DNA from: Bdellovibrionales bacterium
Lineage (GTDB): Bacteria > Bdellovibrionota > UBA1018
Assembly: GCA_947380295.1 (NCBI GenBank)
Contig: CANCQK010000007.1
Location: 19,933-83,932 of the forward strand
Reading direction: 5' to 3'
DNA length: 64,000 nt
Shown here: positions 39,401 through 50,600 of the stretch, one piece after another
Numbering within the stretch: position 1 is the first letter of the stretch
Layout of the letters: each line of letters starts with the position of its first letter
Made by a program: the position numbers and the translations under genes
Notes under the pieces: model-generated
Database searches by the model: none
Told to the model about the DNA's origin: nothing
What the model saw: the letters and a program-made list of their open reading frames with translations, nothing else

Positions 39401-40906
39401 TTAAGAAGCCTTTTGAAACGGAGCGAAGACCCTGCGGACCTCTTCTTCGAGTAACTCGCGAGCCTCTTCAACTTTGCAACGACTCTCGGGATCAACAGTG
39501 AGTAAGCATTTCAGAGTGGGGAGCATTGCTGATCTTCGTTGACCTTTCCAGGATTTAGCTATTTCCATGAAAACGCTGTCGATGTCGGACTGTCGAATAT
39601 TTAAGAAATCAGTGAGGTGTTCTTCTGTGGATTCTTGATTTGCTTTCCAGCTGACTGAACTCCAATCAAAGTCGGTCGACATTTCAAGGAGAGACACGCC
39701 CAACGACCAGGCATCAGATGCACTATCGCTTTGAAAATGAGACCATTCAGGAATCCAGCGTGGTCTCAGTGCAGGGTGTAGAAGATAACTAATTTTCAGC
39801 GTATTCCACTTTTCGTCTAAGAGTTTTGGGTCTTCACGAAACGATTTCAAATAGTATTTTTCAATCGCTTCGGGGGCTGCATAACGATGAGTGGTTTTGA
39901 AAAAATCCTCATGGTCTAGGAATTCATCGATTCCAGGTTCATCATATTTGTAACCTGATCCAAAATCAGCGAGAGCGGCCTCAAGATGGCCGTTAGGTTG
40001 ACTTCGAAGGAGAATATTCAGTGGCTTGATATCGCGGTGGACCATTGCGTGCTCGTGGAGAAAAGATAGACCCATGAGGAGTTGTGCGGCGACTGAAATT
40101 AGCTCTGGAGACGAAATCGAGTAGGTTGTTCTTGGATGAATTTTTTGTTTTTCGTTAATGTAATGATGAGCGTCCCCTCGATTATAAAACTCAGAGAGAA
40201 ATCGAAGACTGCCTGTAATAGGATTCGCGGAGCATTCTTTAAAAAGTAAGAGTCCAGGCACTGATCTTCCTTGTGAATAATGATCAATGGTTGTGATCAT
40301 TTTTGCCTCGTTCAGGGCTTCTAGGTGCTTTTCAGCAACATCTAGTGGGTCTAGATCTCTGCCCGGAGTTGGCGGTTTTTCGACTGCAAGAGCGAATTCC
40401 TGTTCACTTGGGTCGGATGGGTACTTCACCCTGAGTACTTGTTTATAAGATCCCGACCTCACTTTCATATCGCTCCTGATAAAAGCTCGATCCCCGTCGA
40501 AAAACATCCGTGCTACATGAACGGTTTTGAGTTGGTTGAGCTCAAGGGGCCATGATGACTCAGTGGGAGCAGAGTTTGACTGATAATGATCCGCTAAAAA
40601 ATCAAGCATCGTGGCATGAGTCATACCGAGCTGATTGCTCGATGCCCAGGCGGAAAGATCCAAGTCAATCTGGGTGATGGTTGCACCCGTTTTTTCAGAA
40701 AGTTGACTGAGGATTTTGAGATAGTTGGGATCCGCGGCGATGGTACGCAGAGCGATTCTGCGGCCGGAGTCTGATGAAGTGGCCTCAGATGTGGGGAGTG
40801 ATTCTCCATCTTCCTTGCCTGTAAACCCATTCTGAGCTAGGGCAAAGTTTAAAGAAAATAAGATTAATCCAAGTCGCAGAGAGATCGTTCGGTTTGCTCG
40901 TCTCAT
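39401..40906 (-). CDS. Secreted eukaryotic-like Ser/Thr protein kinase
   Basis: Signal peptide (ALA); SGSYKQV, HRDIKPLNILL, LADFG, YAAPE, SDAWSLG, DPESR. Confidence 0.9.
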   Translation of the reverse strand: MRRANRTISLRLGLILFSLNFALAQNGFTGKEDGESLPTSEATSSDSGRRIALRTIAADPNYLKILSQLSEKTGATITQIDLDLSAWASSNQLGMTHATMLDFLADHYQSNSAPTESSWPLELNQLKTVHVARMFFDGDRAFIRSDMKVRSGSYKQVLRVKYPSDPSEQEFALAVEKPPTPGRDLDPLDVAEKHLEALNEAKMITTIDHYSQGRSVPGLLLFKECSANPITGSLRFLSEFYNRGDAHHYINEKQKIHPRTTYSISSPELISVAAQLLMGLSFLHEHAMVHRDIKPLNILLRSQPNGHLEAALADFGSGYKYDEPGIDEFLDHEDFFKTTHRYAAPEAIEKYYLKSFREDPKLLDEKWNTLKISYLLHPALRPRWIPEWSHFQSDSASDAWSLGVSLLEMSTDFDWSSVSWKANQESTEEHLTDFLNIRQSDIDSVFMEIAKSWKGQRRSAMLPTLKCLLTVDPESRCKVEEARELLEEEVRRVFAPFQKAS

Positions 40907-40949
40907 CTAGGTCCCCTCAGTTAAAATGAGGTGTAACTTGCCATTACAC

Positions 40950-42248
40950 TTAGCGTGCGTCAAGCCTGGACTGTTCGCGGTGTTGCATTTGGTATCCGGC
41001 TCCGTAATCTCCGGTGATTGATCCGTGATTGACGTGAATATAATTAACAAAGTTAGCCGAAATAAAAACTTGGCAGATCCAAAGCGTCATCAGCAACGCT
41101 TTCCCTCTGTGAGTTTGAGGTTGGGCCATTCTCGTCATCAGGATAAATTCAAATGGAAAAGTGATGGCCATGTAGTAGCGTCGAATCGTGACTCCAGTGA
41201 GTGTCATTAAAATTCCAGCGACTAAGAAACTCGCATTCTGAAGAAAAAGAGTTGAAGATGAGCGCCCAATTAGGCAATTCGCAAGTTGAGAACGATGCTG
41301 CCAGAGGCTTTTTATCCCACGACAAAAAATCCACAGGCACGTGAGTCCCATGATCCCGTGGGTTAATCCGGTGAGGTAAGTGGGGGTCGTGCCAATGAGG
41401 GGATACCGAGCAAAGTCGGAAAGCTGATCCCAATGAGTAGGTCCCCTTAAAATGCCGAGCGCATTTCCTAAGTGAAGGCCTGTGGGATTGGTTAGCCAGA
41501 AAACCCAATACTTAAATTGCAGCATTTCCTGGAGTCCAACACTGATTCGCTCGTGGATCGGTGTGTGGAGAACTTGGATCGCCCAAGGGATGAGAGGGAG
41601 TGCGCCGAAGACGGATCCAATGAACCAAGCCCTCCAGTGGGTTTCGTTTCGTCGCCAGATCCACGTGCATGCAAAGACTGCAAATGCGAGGAAAAAACCA
41701 CTCATGTGGATCTGCCCCAACCAGGCTCCGATGCAGCCCCAAAAAAAAGCACCGGAAAATTGAGAACGATTCCACCAGGAGAGCCAAGTTAACATGACGA
41801 AAAGTGGCAGAAATGGCTGAGGCCAGAGTTTTCTTTGGTACAGGATGAGAAAAGGGTTCACCATGGCCAGAGCGTAAGACCATAACCACAGGGTACGTTC
41901 CGTTGAGTTTTTGATGGTCTTAAAGGCGAACGGCACCACGAGCGCGATGCCTAGCCATGCGGTGAGCTGCACAGCAGTCGCCAGAGCGGTGGGCTGATGA
42001 ATTCCAAATAGCTTTGCGAGTACTGTAAAAACCCAAATGCTCATTCCCGGGTTAGCAATGTAGACTCCCGAGTTGATGCCGCTCCATGGCCAGGGTTGAG
42101 TGACGCCAATGAGTTGGGTTTGAGTGAAATTATATTCTTCATCTTCTTTATATTCCATGTCTTCAACGAAAAGGACGCGAAGTAAGAGGCCAGCTAAGCC
42201 TGCAAAAATCAAAAAATAATTCCACCGCTTTTCAAGGGTTTTAATCAC
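40950..42248 (-). CDS. GT-C (ArnT/PMT-like) membrane glycosyltransferase
   Basis: DE motif after TM1, many TM helices, RKLWPQ, QIH.SG; GTG start at 42248 coupled to upstream stop. Confidence 0.75.
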   Translation of the reverse strand: MIKTLEKRWNYFLIFAGLAGLLLRVLFVEDMEYKEDEEYNFTQTQLIGVTQPWPWSGINSGVYIANPGMSIWVFTVLAKLFGIHQPTALATAVQLTAWLGIALVVPFAFKTIKNSTERTLWLWSYALAMVNPFLILYQRKLWPQPFLPLFVMLTWLSWWNRSQFSGAFFWGCIGAWLGQIHMSGFFLAFAVFACTWIWRRNETHWRAWFIGSVFGALPLIPWAIQVLHTPIHERISVGLQEMLQFKYWVFWLTNPTGLHLGNALGILRGPTHWDQLSDFARYPLIGTTPTYLTGLTHGIMGLTCLWIFCRGIKSLWQHRSQLANCLIGRSSSTLFLQNASFLVAGILMTLTGVTIRRYYMAITFPFEFILMTRMAQPQTHRGKALLMTLWICQVFISANFVNYIHVNHGSITGDYGAGYQMQHREQSRLDAR

Positions 42249-45162
42249 AGTTGAGCTCCCAATTGGGTCGAAGCATCTGAAGTGAGCGAAATTCGTCGAC
42301 TCTGCCGTCTTGGTAGGACTCCGGAATCTCGAGCGAACCCACGTCATTCCAAGCCGCTGGATGCGTGATGACCTCGCAGTGAGGCATTTTGAGAAGTCTG
42401 GATCGCAAGGTTCCCCGGAATTGAGTGTGATTTACTAAAACCCGAATGGGCGGATAATAGCAGGGGAGACTTTCCCATCCGAGTGACTTGAAATTGCGCC
42501 GGGCTAGGGCGGATAAAATCAGAAGCGGAAACTGAGGGGTTTTCCAAAGCTTCCTGTCCCAAGGGAGGCGAACGCGCCGGATCCCAAAGTTGGCGAGTGG
42601 CTCCGAAAGGGCAGGAATCAGTCCTGGCGTCAGATGGATGTGGTGGTGTCCGTCTAAGTAGTGAATAGGAACGTTGAGGCCTTTTAGCTTTTTGAGCTGA
42701 GAGAGCAATTCGTTTCGTGCCCAATCTGATTTTTGCTCACGGTTCCCACTTCGGGGGTTCAGCCAATTCAAGAGGAAGCGAGCAGGCGACGGGATAAAAA
42801 GTTCATTTTTTGACAGAGATCGGCCATAGGTCAGATTAAAGTGTAAACCAAGCTCGATCCCTGGAATGGCCATCAGTTCTTTGAGTTGGTGGCTCAGAAA
42901 TTGGCAATTCGCCATGAGGGACACCCGTTTGATCACGCCTTGCTGGGCGAGTTGGAGGATTCCTGCGTTCACTCCCGGTGACAGACCCCAGTCATCTGCT
43001 GTGATGCCCTGGAGTTCGGGCAACGGAAGGTAGCTTCCTTGTTGAGACCTTCTCAGAAGCTTGAGAAAGTCGATGGCAATTTCGAAGCTTTCCCAAAGAG
43101 TCCGTCTAAGTGACTTTTCGAGGCTGAGCCGGACAGAGATGGGTAAATCCCTCTCTTGCATGCCAAAGTTTCGGCAGATCAAGCTCATCTCGACAAAAAA
43201 TAATACTCCTTTGCATCTCTGCACGCAGAATGCTTCGGCTGCTAATCTTCGCGAAAAAGCCAAGTAGGGAGACGGACTATCTTGAGATTTTAAATCGAGA
43301 AAAAAACGGAGCCAAGAGTTTAAAAGTAGACTCAAGTGGTGTCTGCCATAAACCAGCGCCAAAAAGCGAACCGGAATTTTAAAGTGACTTTCCAAAAGGC
43401 GTCGATTACCTCGGACCAGGTCCACACCGTTTTTGATTTCTGATCGGGCCTGTGCAATCCACGTCGCTAAAAACTCGGGGTCGATTGGCTGCTCGATGTT
43501 TGCGACAAAAAAGGCCTTTCCTTGCGCTTGGATGAACCCTTCTCTCAATGCACTGCTCGGCCCGCTCGCTTGATGCGCTCGGAGGATTCGAATCGAAGCC
43601 GGGAACTGAGCAGCTGTGAGTGCTTGGATTACTGGGTTGAGTTCGCTGAGTCGATCGCCCCATAAAATAACAAGGATCTCAAATGACTTTGCAGGACTCG
43701 TTTGAGACCATGTTTCGTGCCAAAGTCTGAGCGTTTGGATGATCTCTTTTGGATTGGCAAAATACTCTGGACCCAGAGCAATCGGGGCGAGGATAGACCA
43801 TTCAGTTGAGGGGGCGACACGAGGAAGTGATTTCCAAAGAGGAAACTCCTGAGGAAAACTCACCAGTGATGATCGGAGCCTCATAAAAGTCTGAGATGGG
43901 ACAGAGTGCTCCCAGGCGAGGAGAAATGTAGAGATCGCAAGGAAAGTCACCGCTAAAAGTGGAACAGAATGATGCTGCAGCCAGAAAAAGAGCCAGTCCC
44001 CAATGATGTCCTTTCCAGCAAAGGAAAGGGTGAGAGTTAAAAAGACGAGGCTCCCGCGAGTCCACTGGGTCACCCAATTTTTCTTGGATGGCGTGGTGCA
44101 AAGTAAAGCAAATGGAATTGCGAGTGGAGTGAGCGAGTATTTAAACGTCTCCGGCATGAGGAGCATGTAAATAAATAAACCCAAAGAGAAAGAGAGCGCG
44201 CGTCCCGTGAGATCTCGAGGTTTTCGTAGCCACCAAAATCCTGTGACGATCCCAATCAGTGTTAAGCCGAGTCCAGTTTCAATGCGGGATGCTGTTCCAA
44301 TGCCGAGCCAGCCCCATTTGGCGAATCGTAGGAGACAACTATGGATCGACTGGCTGCCATAATGGGAGGCGTCATAGTAAACTGAGTCGTTTTGAACGAT
44401 CGAAAGCCAGCCTTTCCACAGGAGTTTGAAAGCATCCCAGGACGGAATGAAAAGCCAGGTGAGAAGTACGAAGGAGAGTGTGCCGAAAATTAAGATTCGT
44501 CCGGCCTCAAATCGTTTGCGGGTTCGTTCAGAAAGAAAAACCCCGAGCACGATCCCCGGGCCGATTTTCAGAAGCGTGGGAATGAGCAGTGCGGAAACGG
44601 TCCAAATACTTTTTCGAGTGATCCAGGCGTACAAGGCAACCGAAAACCCAAAAAACATCAAACTCGAAACCTGTCCAATGGTGAACGTATCTAAACAGAG
44701 CCTAAGGATTGCTACAAGGCTGAGGCAGGTGAAAAATAGAGCCTCTTGAGGGTCTCGACTGCTCATGCAGATTTTCAGACTCCGATAAATCCAATAAAAC
44801 CCAAGTCCAAAGAAAAAAAACTGGAACAAATACCAAGCGACTTGGGCTTGAGGAAGCGTGAGCCACGAAAATGGAAGGAAGAGGAGAATCCACGGCGGTG
44901 CATAACGGTAGGGAGATGCGCCGTCCAGAAAATTGTAGACGTGATCCCATTGGAGAGATCGAGCACGACTGGCTGCCAAGTAGTAGACACTAAAGTCGGT
45001 GTAGTCTTGTTTGATGTAAATTTTATAAGCGTAAAGAGGGAGCACAATCCCAAAAACTAAACCGATGATCAAAAAAGTGAGTCTTCGGTTCCAGATCGGT
45101 CGAGAATGGTTGGATTTAACACTTTCCATGCGGGTACTCGGAGAGTGGCTTTTTGCAAACAT
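42241..45162 (-). CDS. Fusion: GT87 (DUF2029) + degenerate GT2 + YdjC/ChbG/HpnK deacetylase
   Basis: DFSVYY, PYRYAP, GQ, K..P (GT87); GNRR GT2-like region lacking DxD; TADDWGL, GLHFNLT, DGHHHIH, THP (YdjC); alternative start 45129. Confidence 0.85.
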   Translation of the reverse strand: MFAKSHSPSTRMESVKSNHSRPIWNRRLTFLIIGLVFGIVLPLYAYKIYIKQDYTDFSVYYLAASRARSLQWDHVYNFLDGASPYRYAPPWILLFLPFSWLTLPQAQVAWYLFQFFFFGLGFYWIYRSLKICMSSRDPQEALFFTCLSLVAILRLCLDTFTIGQVSSLMFFGFSVALYAWITRKSIWTVSALLIPTLLKIGPGIVLGVFLSERTRKRFEAGRILIFGTLSFVLLTWLFIPSWDAFKLLWKGWLSIVQNDSVYYDASHYGSQSIHSCLLRFAKWGWLGIGTASRIETGLGLTLIGIVTGFWWLRKPRDLTGRALSFSLGLFIYMLLMPETFKYSLTPLAIPFALLCTTPSKKNWVTQWTRGSLVFLTLTLSFAGKDIIGDWLFFWLQHHSVPLLAVTFLAISTFLLAWEHSVPSQTFMRLRSSLVSFPQEFPLWKSLPRVAPSTEWSILAPIALGPEYFANPKEIIQTLRLWHETWSQTSPAKSFEILVILWGDRLSELNPVIQALTAAQFPASIRILRAHQASGPSSALREGFIQAQGKAFFVANIEQPIDPEFLATWIAQARSEIKNGVDLVRGNRRLLESHFKIPVRFLALVYGRHHLSLLLNSWLRFFLDLKSQDSPSPYLAFSRRLAAEAFCVQRCKGVLFFVEMSLICRNFGMQERDLPISVRLSLEKSLRRTLWESFEIAIDFLKLLRRSQQGSYLPLPELQGITADDWGLSPGVNAGILQLAQQGVIKRVSLMANCQFLSHQLKELMAIPGIELGLHFNLTYGRSLSKNELFIPSPARFLLNWLNPRSGNREQKSDWARNELLSQLKKLKGLNVPIHYLDGHHHIHLTPGLIPALSEPLANFGIRRVRLPWDRKLWKTPQFPLLILSALARRNFKSLGWESLPCYYPPIRVLVNHTQFRGTLRSRLLKMPHCEVITHPAAWNDVGSLEIPESYQDGRVDEFRSLQMLRPNWELNCD

Positions 45163-46624
45163 AGAGGATATCGGCGAAAAGAACGCTACTGCACGGTTCT
45201 GAAGAAACCTGAAAGCCTGCCGACTTCATCACCTCTTCCCAGGCATGGCGCGATCTGAAGGAGAGCACCTGCTTTTTGGCCTGGGTAAACCCGATCCCCG
45301 TTGCGAGTTTTTCATACCATCGGTTCCAGCGTGAAACAAACCCACCTTCAGGGTCGACCTCGCGGACCAAGAGTATTCCGCCTGGATCAAGTCGATCAAA
45401 GGCGTTCTCGAGAAGGGCTTGCTGGTGACTAGGCTCGAAATAGTGCATGACGTCAATCATAGCAATCCCTGAAAACTGAGGATCCTGACTCGGGACGGAT
45501 AGAAGATCTCCACGAGACCAGCGGATTTTTTCAAGGTCGGGCGTAGCTCGAGACGCAGCTAGAATCCGATTCTCATCATGATCTAGCGCGAGGATTTCCC
45601 TTTCTTGGGATTGTAGGGCTGCTGCAATAGAAAAAAGACCGTGACCGCAGCCTAGGTCGAGGATTCTCCCTTGCAAAGGGAGGTGGGCTGACATCCTGGA
45701 GTAGGGGGTGAGCCACCACCGTGCAGCTAAAAAAGCACGAGTTAAGGGGGGGGCCTCTTTAAAACGACGAAGGACCGGGGGCTTGGTTTTTTTTCCGTAT
45801 CGCTTTCGAGCTTGGTTGAGCTTGATGCGGGTTAACCAGTTGGCAACCAGGACGCATTCTCTTAGGATTCGGATGGTTGATTTTTCACTGTTGAGGTAGA
45901 GCGTCACTGGGAGCTCGGTAACAGGAAGTCCCAAACCATGAGCGGTCAGAAAAATTTCCAAGTCAAAAAGAAATCCTGGGCAGGTCTGACGTGAGAAAAA
46001 CTCTAACGCTAGCGTTCGAGAGAGTGCCTTAATGCCAGCTTGGGTGTCGGTTGTAGTAATGGGTAGCCATGCCCGCACGCAGGCATTAAACCAAAGCCCA
46101 AGTCGGTGCCTACTATAAGCGATTTTTAGTAATCGAACTGGAATAGAGAAATGACTATTCTGAAGCCTTCGGTTACCGTGAACGAAGTGATAACCTTGTT
46201 TGAATTTTTCCTGAGCCTGATCAAAAAAGCTCAGATCGTAAGGTAAGTCTGAATCTGTAAAGTAAATCCAGCGCCCCCTCGAACCTAGAAATCCAGTCCG
46301 GAGTGCGGCACCCTTGCCTCGTGGAGCGAAATGAGGACACACCCGAATTTGGGAGTACCGAGTCGCCAGTTCGTGAGCGACTGGAATGGATTGATCCAAC
46401 GGATCATTGGGGGAAGGGTTAGGTACTAAAATAATTTCAAATGATTCACCATGCCTTGCTTTTAAAAACGCATGGGCTTCTTGAACAGTTTTTTCAAGAG
46501 TTTGATGGGAGTTTTTGGCAGGGATAATCAGTGAGGCATCCACAGCAGCTGCTTGGAGCTCTTGAAAAAGCCGTGGCTCAAGTTTTGGGAGCGGTGAGAG
46601 TTCAGTTCGAAAAGAGTGTTTCAT
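45116..46624 (-). CDS. Fusion: GT2 polyprenol-phosphate glycosyltransferase + class I SAM methyltransferase
   Basis: SLIIPA, GKGAALRTG, TDSDL, DTQAGIK, FDLE; ILDLGCGHG, IDVMHY, L.PGG.L. Confidence 0.9.
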   Translation of the reverse strand: MKHSFRTELSPLPKLEPRLFQELQAAAVDASLIIPAKNSHQTLEKTVQEAHAFLKARHGESFEIILVPNPSPNDPLDQSIPVAHELATRYSQIRVCPHFAPRGKGAALRTGFLGSRGRWIYFTDSDLPYDLSFFDQAQEKFKQGYHFVHGNRRLQNSHFSIPVRLLKIAYSRHRLGLWFNACVRAWLPITTTDTQAGIKALSRTLALEFFSRQTCPGFLFDLEIFLTAHGLGLPVTELPVTLYLNSEKSTIRILRECVLVANWLTRIKLNQARKRYGKKTKPPVLRRFKEAPPLTRAFLAARWWLTPYSRMSAHLPLQGRILDLGCGHGLFSIAAALQSQEREILALDHDENRILAASRATPDLEKIRWSRGDLLSVPSQDPQFSGIAMIDVMHYFEPSHQQALLENAFDRLDPGGILLVREVDPEGGFVSRWNRWYEKLATGIGFTQAKKQVLSFRSRHAWEEVMKSAGFQVSSEPCSSVLFADILYVCKKPLSEYPHGKC

Positions 46625-47645
46625 AAAAACTCACTAAGGTTTCTAATACAGATTCGGCTTCACTGATACTATGAAGAGCGAGCCCGCAGGCAGGTGTGTA
46701 GATCGCTTGTTCTAAAACTTTCTGGGTTTTTCCTATTTCTCCAATCCAAGAAGAGTTCAAATTCTTTTTAAGCTGTTCAACCAGGCGAGGCACTTGAGAG
46801 CTTTCTTTTTGAGTTTCGGTATCGGTAGGAATCACTCCAAAACAAAAACGACCGCCTGAATTCAGCCACGACTCCAAGGCGGGGCGATGAGTGGGTCCGA
46901 GCGCTGCCGGGAGTGAGAGGGAAGTATCTAGGGATAAGAGATGAATCCCCGTTTGGACTACGGCGGACCAGTCCGTGTTCCCACAACAGTGAATTCCTAC
47001 TGTAGCACCCGCTTTTTTCAGGCTCTGGACCATGAGGTTAATCTCTTTGAGCGCCGAGAGGTGCTTTGGATTGAGAGAGGAGTAGGCAAAGAGTCCCGGT
47101 TCATCGAGCATGAAGATGGGATGGATTTTTTCCGCAGTGAGCCGTCGGACCATAGCCAGCGAACGCGCCAGGGTGAGTCGAAAAATCTGGCCAGAAAGTT
47201 CAGATAGCAGAGGGGTCGATGAATTCCCTTTGATCTGAATCGCCCACTGAGATGTAAATGGGCCTGCAATTTGAATTTTGGCAGTTGAATGTCCGCGCTC
47301 TTGTAACTCCCAAAGAAACGGTTGCCATCCTCCCGAAGTCGATGCCAGGGGTTCAAATTCATCAAAATTCTCAGTTTCAAAGGCACGAGCCAGGCGACGA
47401 TCTAGATGATGCGATTGGCTTTCCCAAAGATCCAACTGCAGCGAGAGAATCCCTCCAGCTTCGAGTTGGATTCCGGGCAGACCATCCAAGGCCTGTGGAA
47501 TCATATACTCCCACGGGTTGCGGATCGGGATTTGAGGAAGGTAAGGGATGCCCAGTCGCATCGAAAACTCCAGGGCGGAGTCGATGTTGGAGTGTGGCAG
47601 GCTCCCAATTCCTGTAATTCGTCTACCCTGTTCTGTTGTCTTCAT
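46602..47645 (-). CDS. Core (single-domain) methionine synthase, MetE C-terminal/MesB-like
   Basis: TGIGSLPH, LPQIP, K.QIAGPFT, DEP, IHCCG, G.IPT, TPACGL. Confidence 0.8.
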   Translation of the reverse strand: MKTTEQGRRITGIGSLPHSNIDSALEFSMRLGIPYLPQIPIRNPWEYMIPQALDGLPGIQLEAGGILSLQLDLWESQSHHLDRRLARAFETENFDEFEPLASTSGGWQPFLWELQERGHSTAKIQIAGPFTSQWAIQIKGNSSTPLLSELSGQIFRLTLARSLAMVRRLTAEKIHPIFMLDEPGLFAYSSLNPKHLSALKEINLMVQSLKKAGATVGIHCCGNTDWSAVVQTGIHLLSLDTSLSLPAALGPTHRPALESWLNSGGRFCFGVIPTDTETQKESSQVPRLVEQLKKNLNSSWIGEIGKTQKVLEQAIYTPACGLALHSISEAESVLETLVSFYETLFSN

Positions 47646-50600
47646 TGATTAGATCTCCACTTTGCTGTCCGACAGAGAAGTACGTTGCCGCAGGATGATG
47701 AAAAACTAAAGCAGAAACGCTGGCCTCAGGGTCCATCATCATGCCTTCGGTCAGCTGGACTCCAATTTCGGTGGGGTTGAGTAATTGCCAAAGCAGGGCT
47801 TGATCGTCTAGTCGTGGACAGGCCGGATAACCAAAAGAGTAGCGCTTACCGAGGTACTTCGCCTGAAATCGTTCAATCATTCGCATTTCAGTGGGGTCCG
47901 GGTATCCCCAGGCCTTGCGAATTTGCGAATGGAGGAGTTCGGCATAAGCCTCGGCAGTCTCAAGTGCAAGTGCCTGGATAATATGGGACTTAAGGTAATC
48001 TCCGCGATTTTTTAGAAGTTCAGCAAGCTGCCGGACCCCTCGGCCTGCTGTCACGACAAAGAATGCTACGGAGTCTTTGGGTGCGGTCGGTGTTTTTACA
48101 TCAAGAGGGAGAGTGTAATCTGCTAAGCACAAGCCATCGATTTTCCGTTGTCGAGGAAACTGGAAGGTCGCTGCCGGTTTGCTGCCTTGAGGTCCCTTTG
48201 AATCAAAGATGAGCAAATCGTTGCCTTGGCTGGCAGCGTGAAAAAACTGATAAATCGCAGAAGGGCGGAGCACTTCAGTTTCTCCGTATTCTTCTTTAAC
48301 TTCCTGGACGGTGTCCCAAATCTTTCGAGCCTTTGGGTCGGTCTCTGAAATTTCTTTGAGCGCAGAGGGATCTTGAACTCCACGTTCCAAAAGTCTGACG
48401 CTGCTTCCACGTACTCCGAGGTGACGTCCATAGAGCATGAGAGGATTAATGAAATTCCAGATTTGCTGAATCGGGGTGTTCTTTAAAATATGTCGCTCGT
48501 AATCGGGCGGAGAAGGGACCGTATCTAAAATCGGGATCAAGCTGGATCGTACCTCAGAAATGACCGGAGCAGGGGCTGGAGCTTTCTGAGTCTTTTGATT
48601 TTGAAGTTGAGTTCTTCGTTGGGCAAGGTCTGACTTGAGTTTTTCAAACCGCTCGGGATCGACGATCGTTTTTGCGAGATCTAATCCATTCATCGCGTCT
48701 TTCGCATAAGCGACTGTGCCAGTTGTGTAGGCTTTAGCAATCTGCTGATCGACAAAGTTTGAGGAGAGCGCTGCTCCTCCCACCAAAATCGGGGTGTTGA
48801 TCCCTGCTTTGGAAAGGTCCTCGGCCGTGGTGACCATTTGCTGAGCAGATTTGACTAGGAGACCTGAAAGGCCCACCAGATCTGGTTGGTGCTCGCGAAC
48901 TGCCTGGATCAGTTGCTCCGGTGGGACCTTAATTCCCAAGTTAATGACCTTGAAGCCATTATTAGCTAGGATGATTTCGACCAAGTTTTTGCCAATATCG
49001 TGGACATCTCCCTTGACGGTAGCCAAAATAATTTTGCCACGAAGGGAGGCTTCAGACTTCTCCATAAATTGCTCGAGGTGGGAGACTGCAGCTTTCATCG
49101 CCTCAGCTGACTGAAGGACCTCGGCAACAATGAGCTGGTTCGTGTTGAAGAGTCGACCTACTTCGTCCATACCCTTCATCAGTGGGCCATTAATAATTTC
49201 CAAAGGTGCTAGGGATTGAAGGGCCTCGTTGAGGTCATTGACGAGCCCGTCCTTGCTGCCTTCAATGATGTAGTGTGGCAGGCGCTCCATCAGAGGGAGT
49301 CTTTCACGAGCGACTTCGACTTTTTTTCGTTCTCGAAAATGAGCAGTAAACGCAGCGACGTCCTCGGGTTGGCCTCCTTTAAAAATCAGATTCTCTGCAA
49401 GTTTCTTTTCTTCTTCTGGAATAGAAGCGTAGCGTTCTAGCTTTTCGGAGTTCAGAATGGCGAGATCGAGTCCCGCCTGAACGCAATGATAAAGGAAAAC
49501 TGAATTGAGGACCTCCCGGCCTGCCGTGGGCAAGCCGAAACTGACATTGGAAATTCCTAGAACCGTTCGGGTGGCAGGAAAGCGAGCCTTGATGAGTCGA
49601 ATTCCTTCAATGGTTTCGACTGCCGATCCCAAATACTGAGCGTCCCCGGTAGCGCAGGGAAACACGAGAGGGTCCCAGTAGATATCTTCAGCTGGAATGC
49701 CATATTTCTGTGTGAGAAGTTGGTAGGAGCGTTCAGCAATTTCAAGTTTCCTCTGTCGAGTGACTCCCATTCCTTGCTGGGGATCATCGTCAATCGTACC
49801 TACGACGAGCGCGGCCCCATATTTCTTAGCAAATGGAACCACCTGTTCAAAGCGCTCTTCGCCATCTTCTAGGTTGATTGAGTTAATGATCGATTTGCCT
49901 TGGCAGTAGGTTAACGCAAGTTCGATGACCTGAGAATCGGTAGAGTCAATCATCCACGGCGCTCGGATCTTTTTGACTGCAAACTCCATAAAGCTTCGCA
50001 TATCCTTAATCTCGTCGCGGTCAGGGTTGGCAAGACAAATGTCGACGATTTGAGCACCGTTTTTGATTTGAGCACGAGCGATTTCAGAAGCTTCCTCGAA
50101 TTTCTCTTCGCAAATCAGCGTTTTGAACTTCTTGCTCCCAATGACGTTGGTTCGCTCGCCTACAATGACGGGCCTCATTTCATCAGTAATCTCAAGGTAG
50201 TCGACTCCTGAAAGAACAGACCGTTCACTCGGTATGGGCTTACGAGGGGAGTGTTGCGCTGCCAGTTGAGCGAGAGCTCGAATATGGCCTGAGTGGGTGC
50301 CGCAGCAGCCTCCGAGGACGTTGATCCAGCCCTGCGAAACAAATCGCGAAAGGACCTTGGAAACCATGTCAGGTGTTTCTAAATAACATCCATTTTCATC
50401 AGGGAGGCCGGCATTAGGCACGCAGGAGACGCGAAATGGGGAGAACTTGGCCAAGGAGCGGATCGCATCCGTCATGAACTCAGGTCCAGTAGCGCAGTTC
50501 AGGCCGAGGTAAAGGAGGTTGATGTGGCTGACCGATGCGAGTAATGCCTCGATCGACTGGCCGGCCAGCATGGTACCCATAGCTTCAATGGTCCCGGAGA

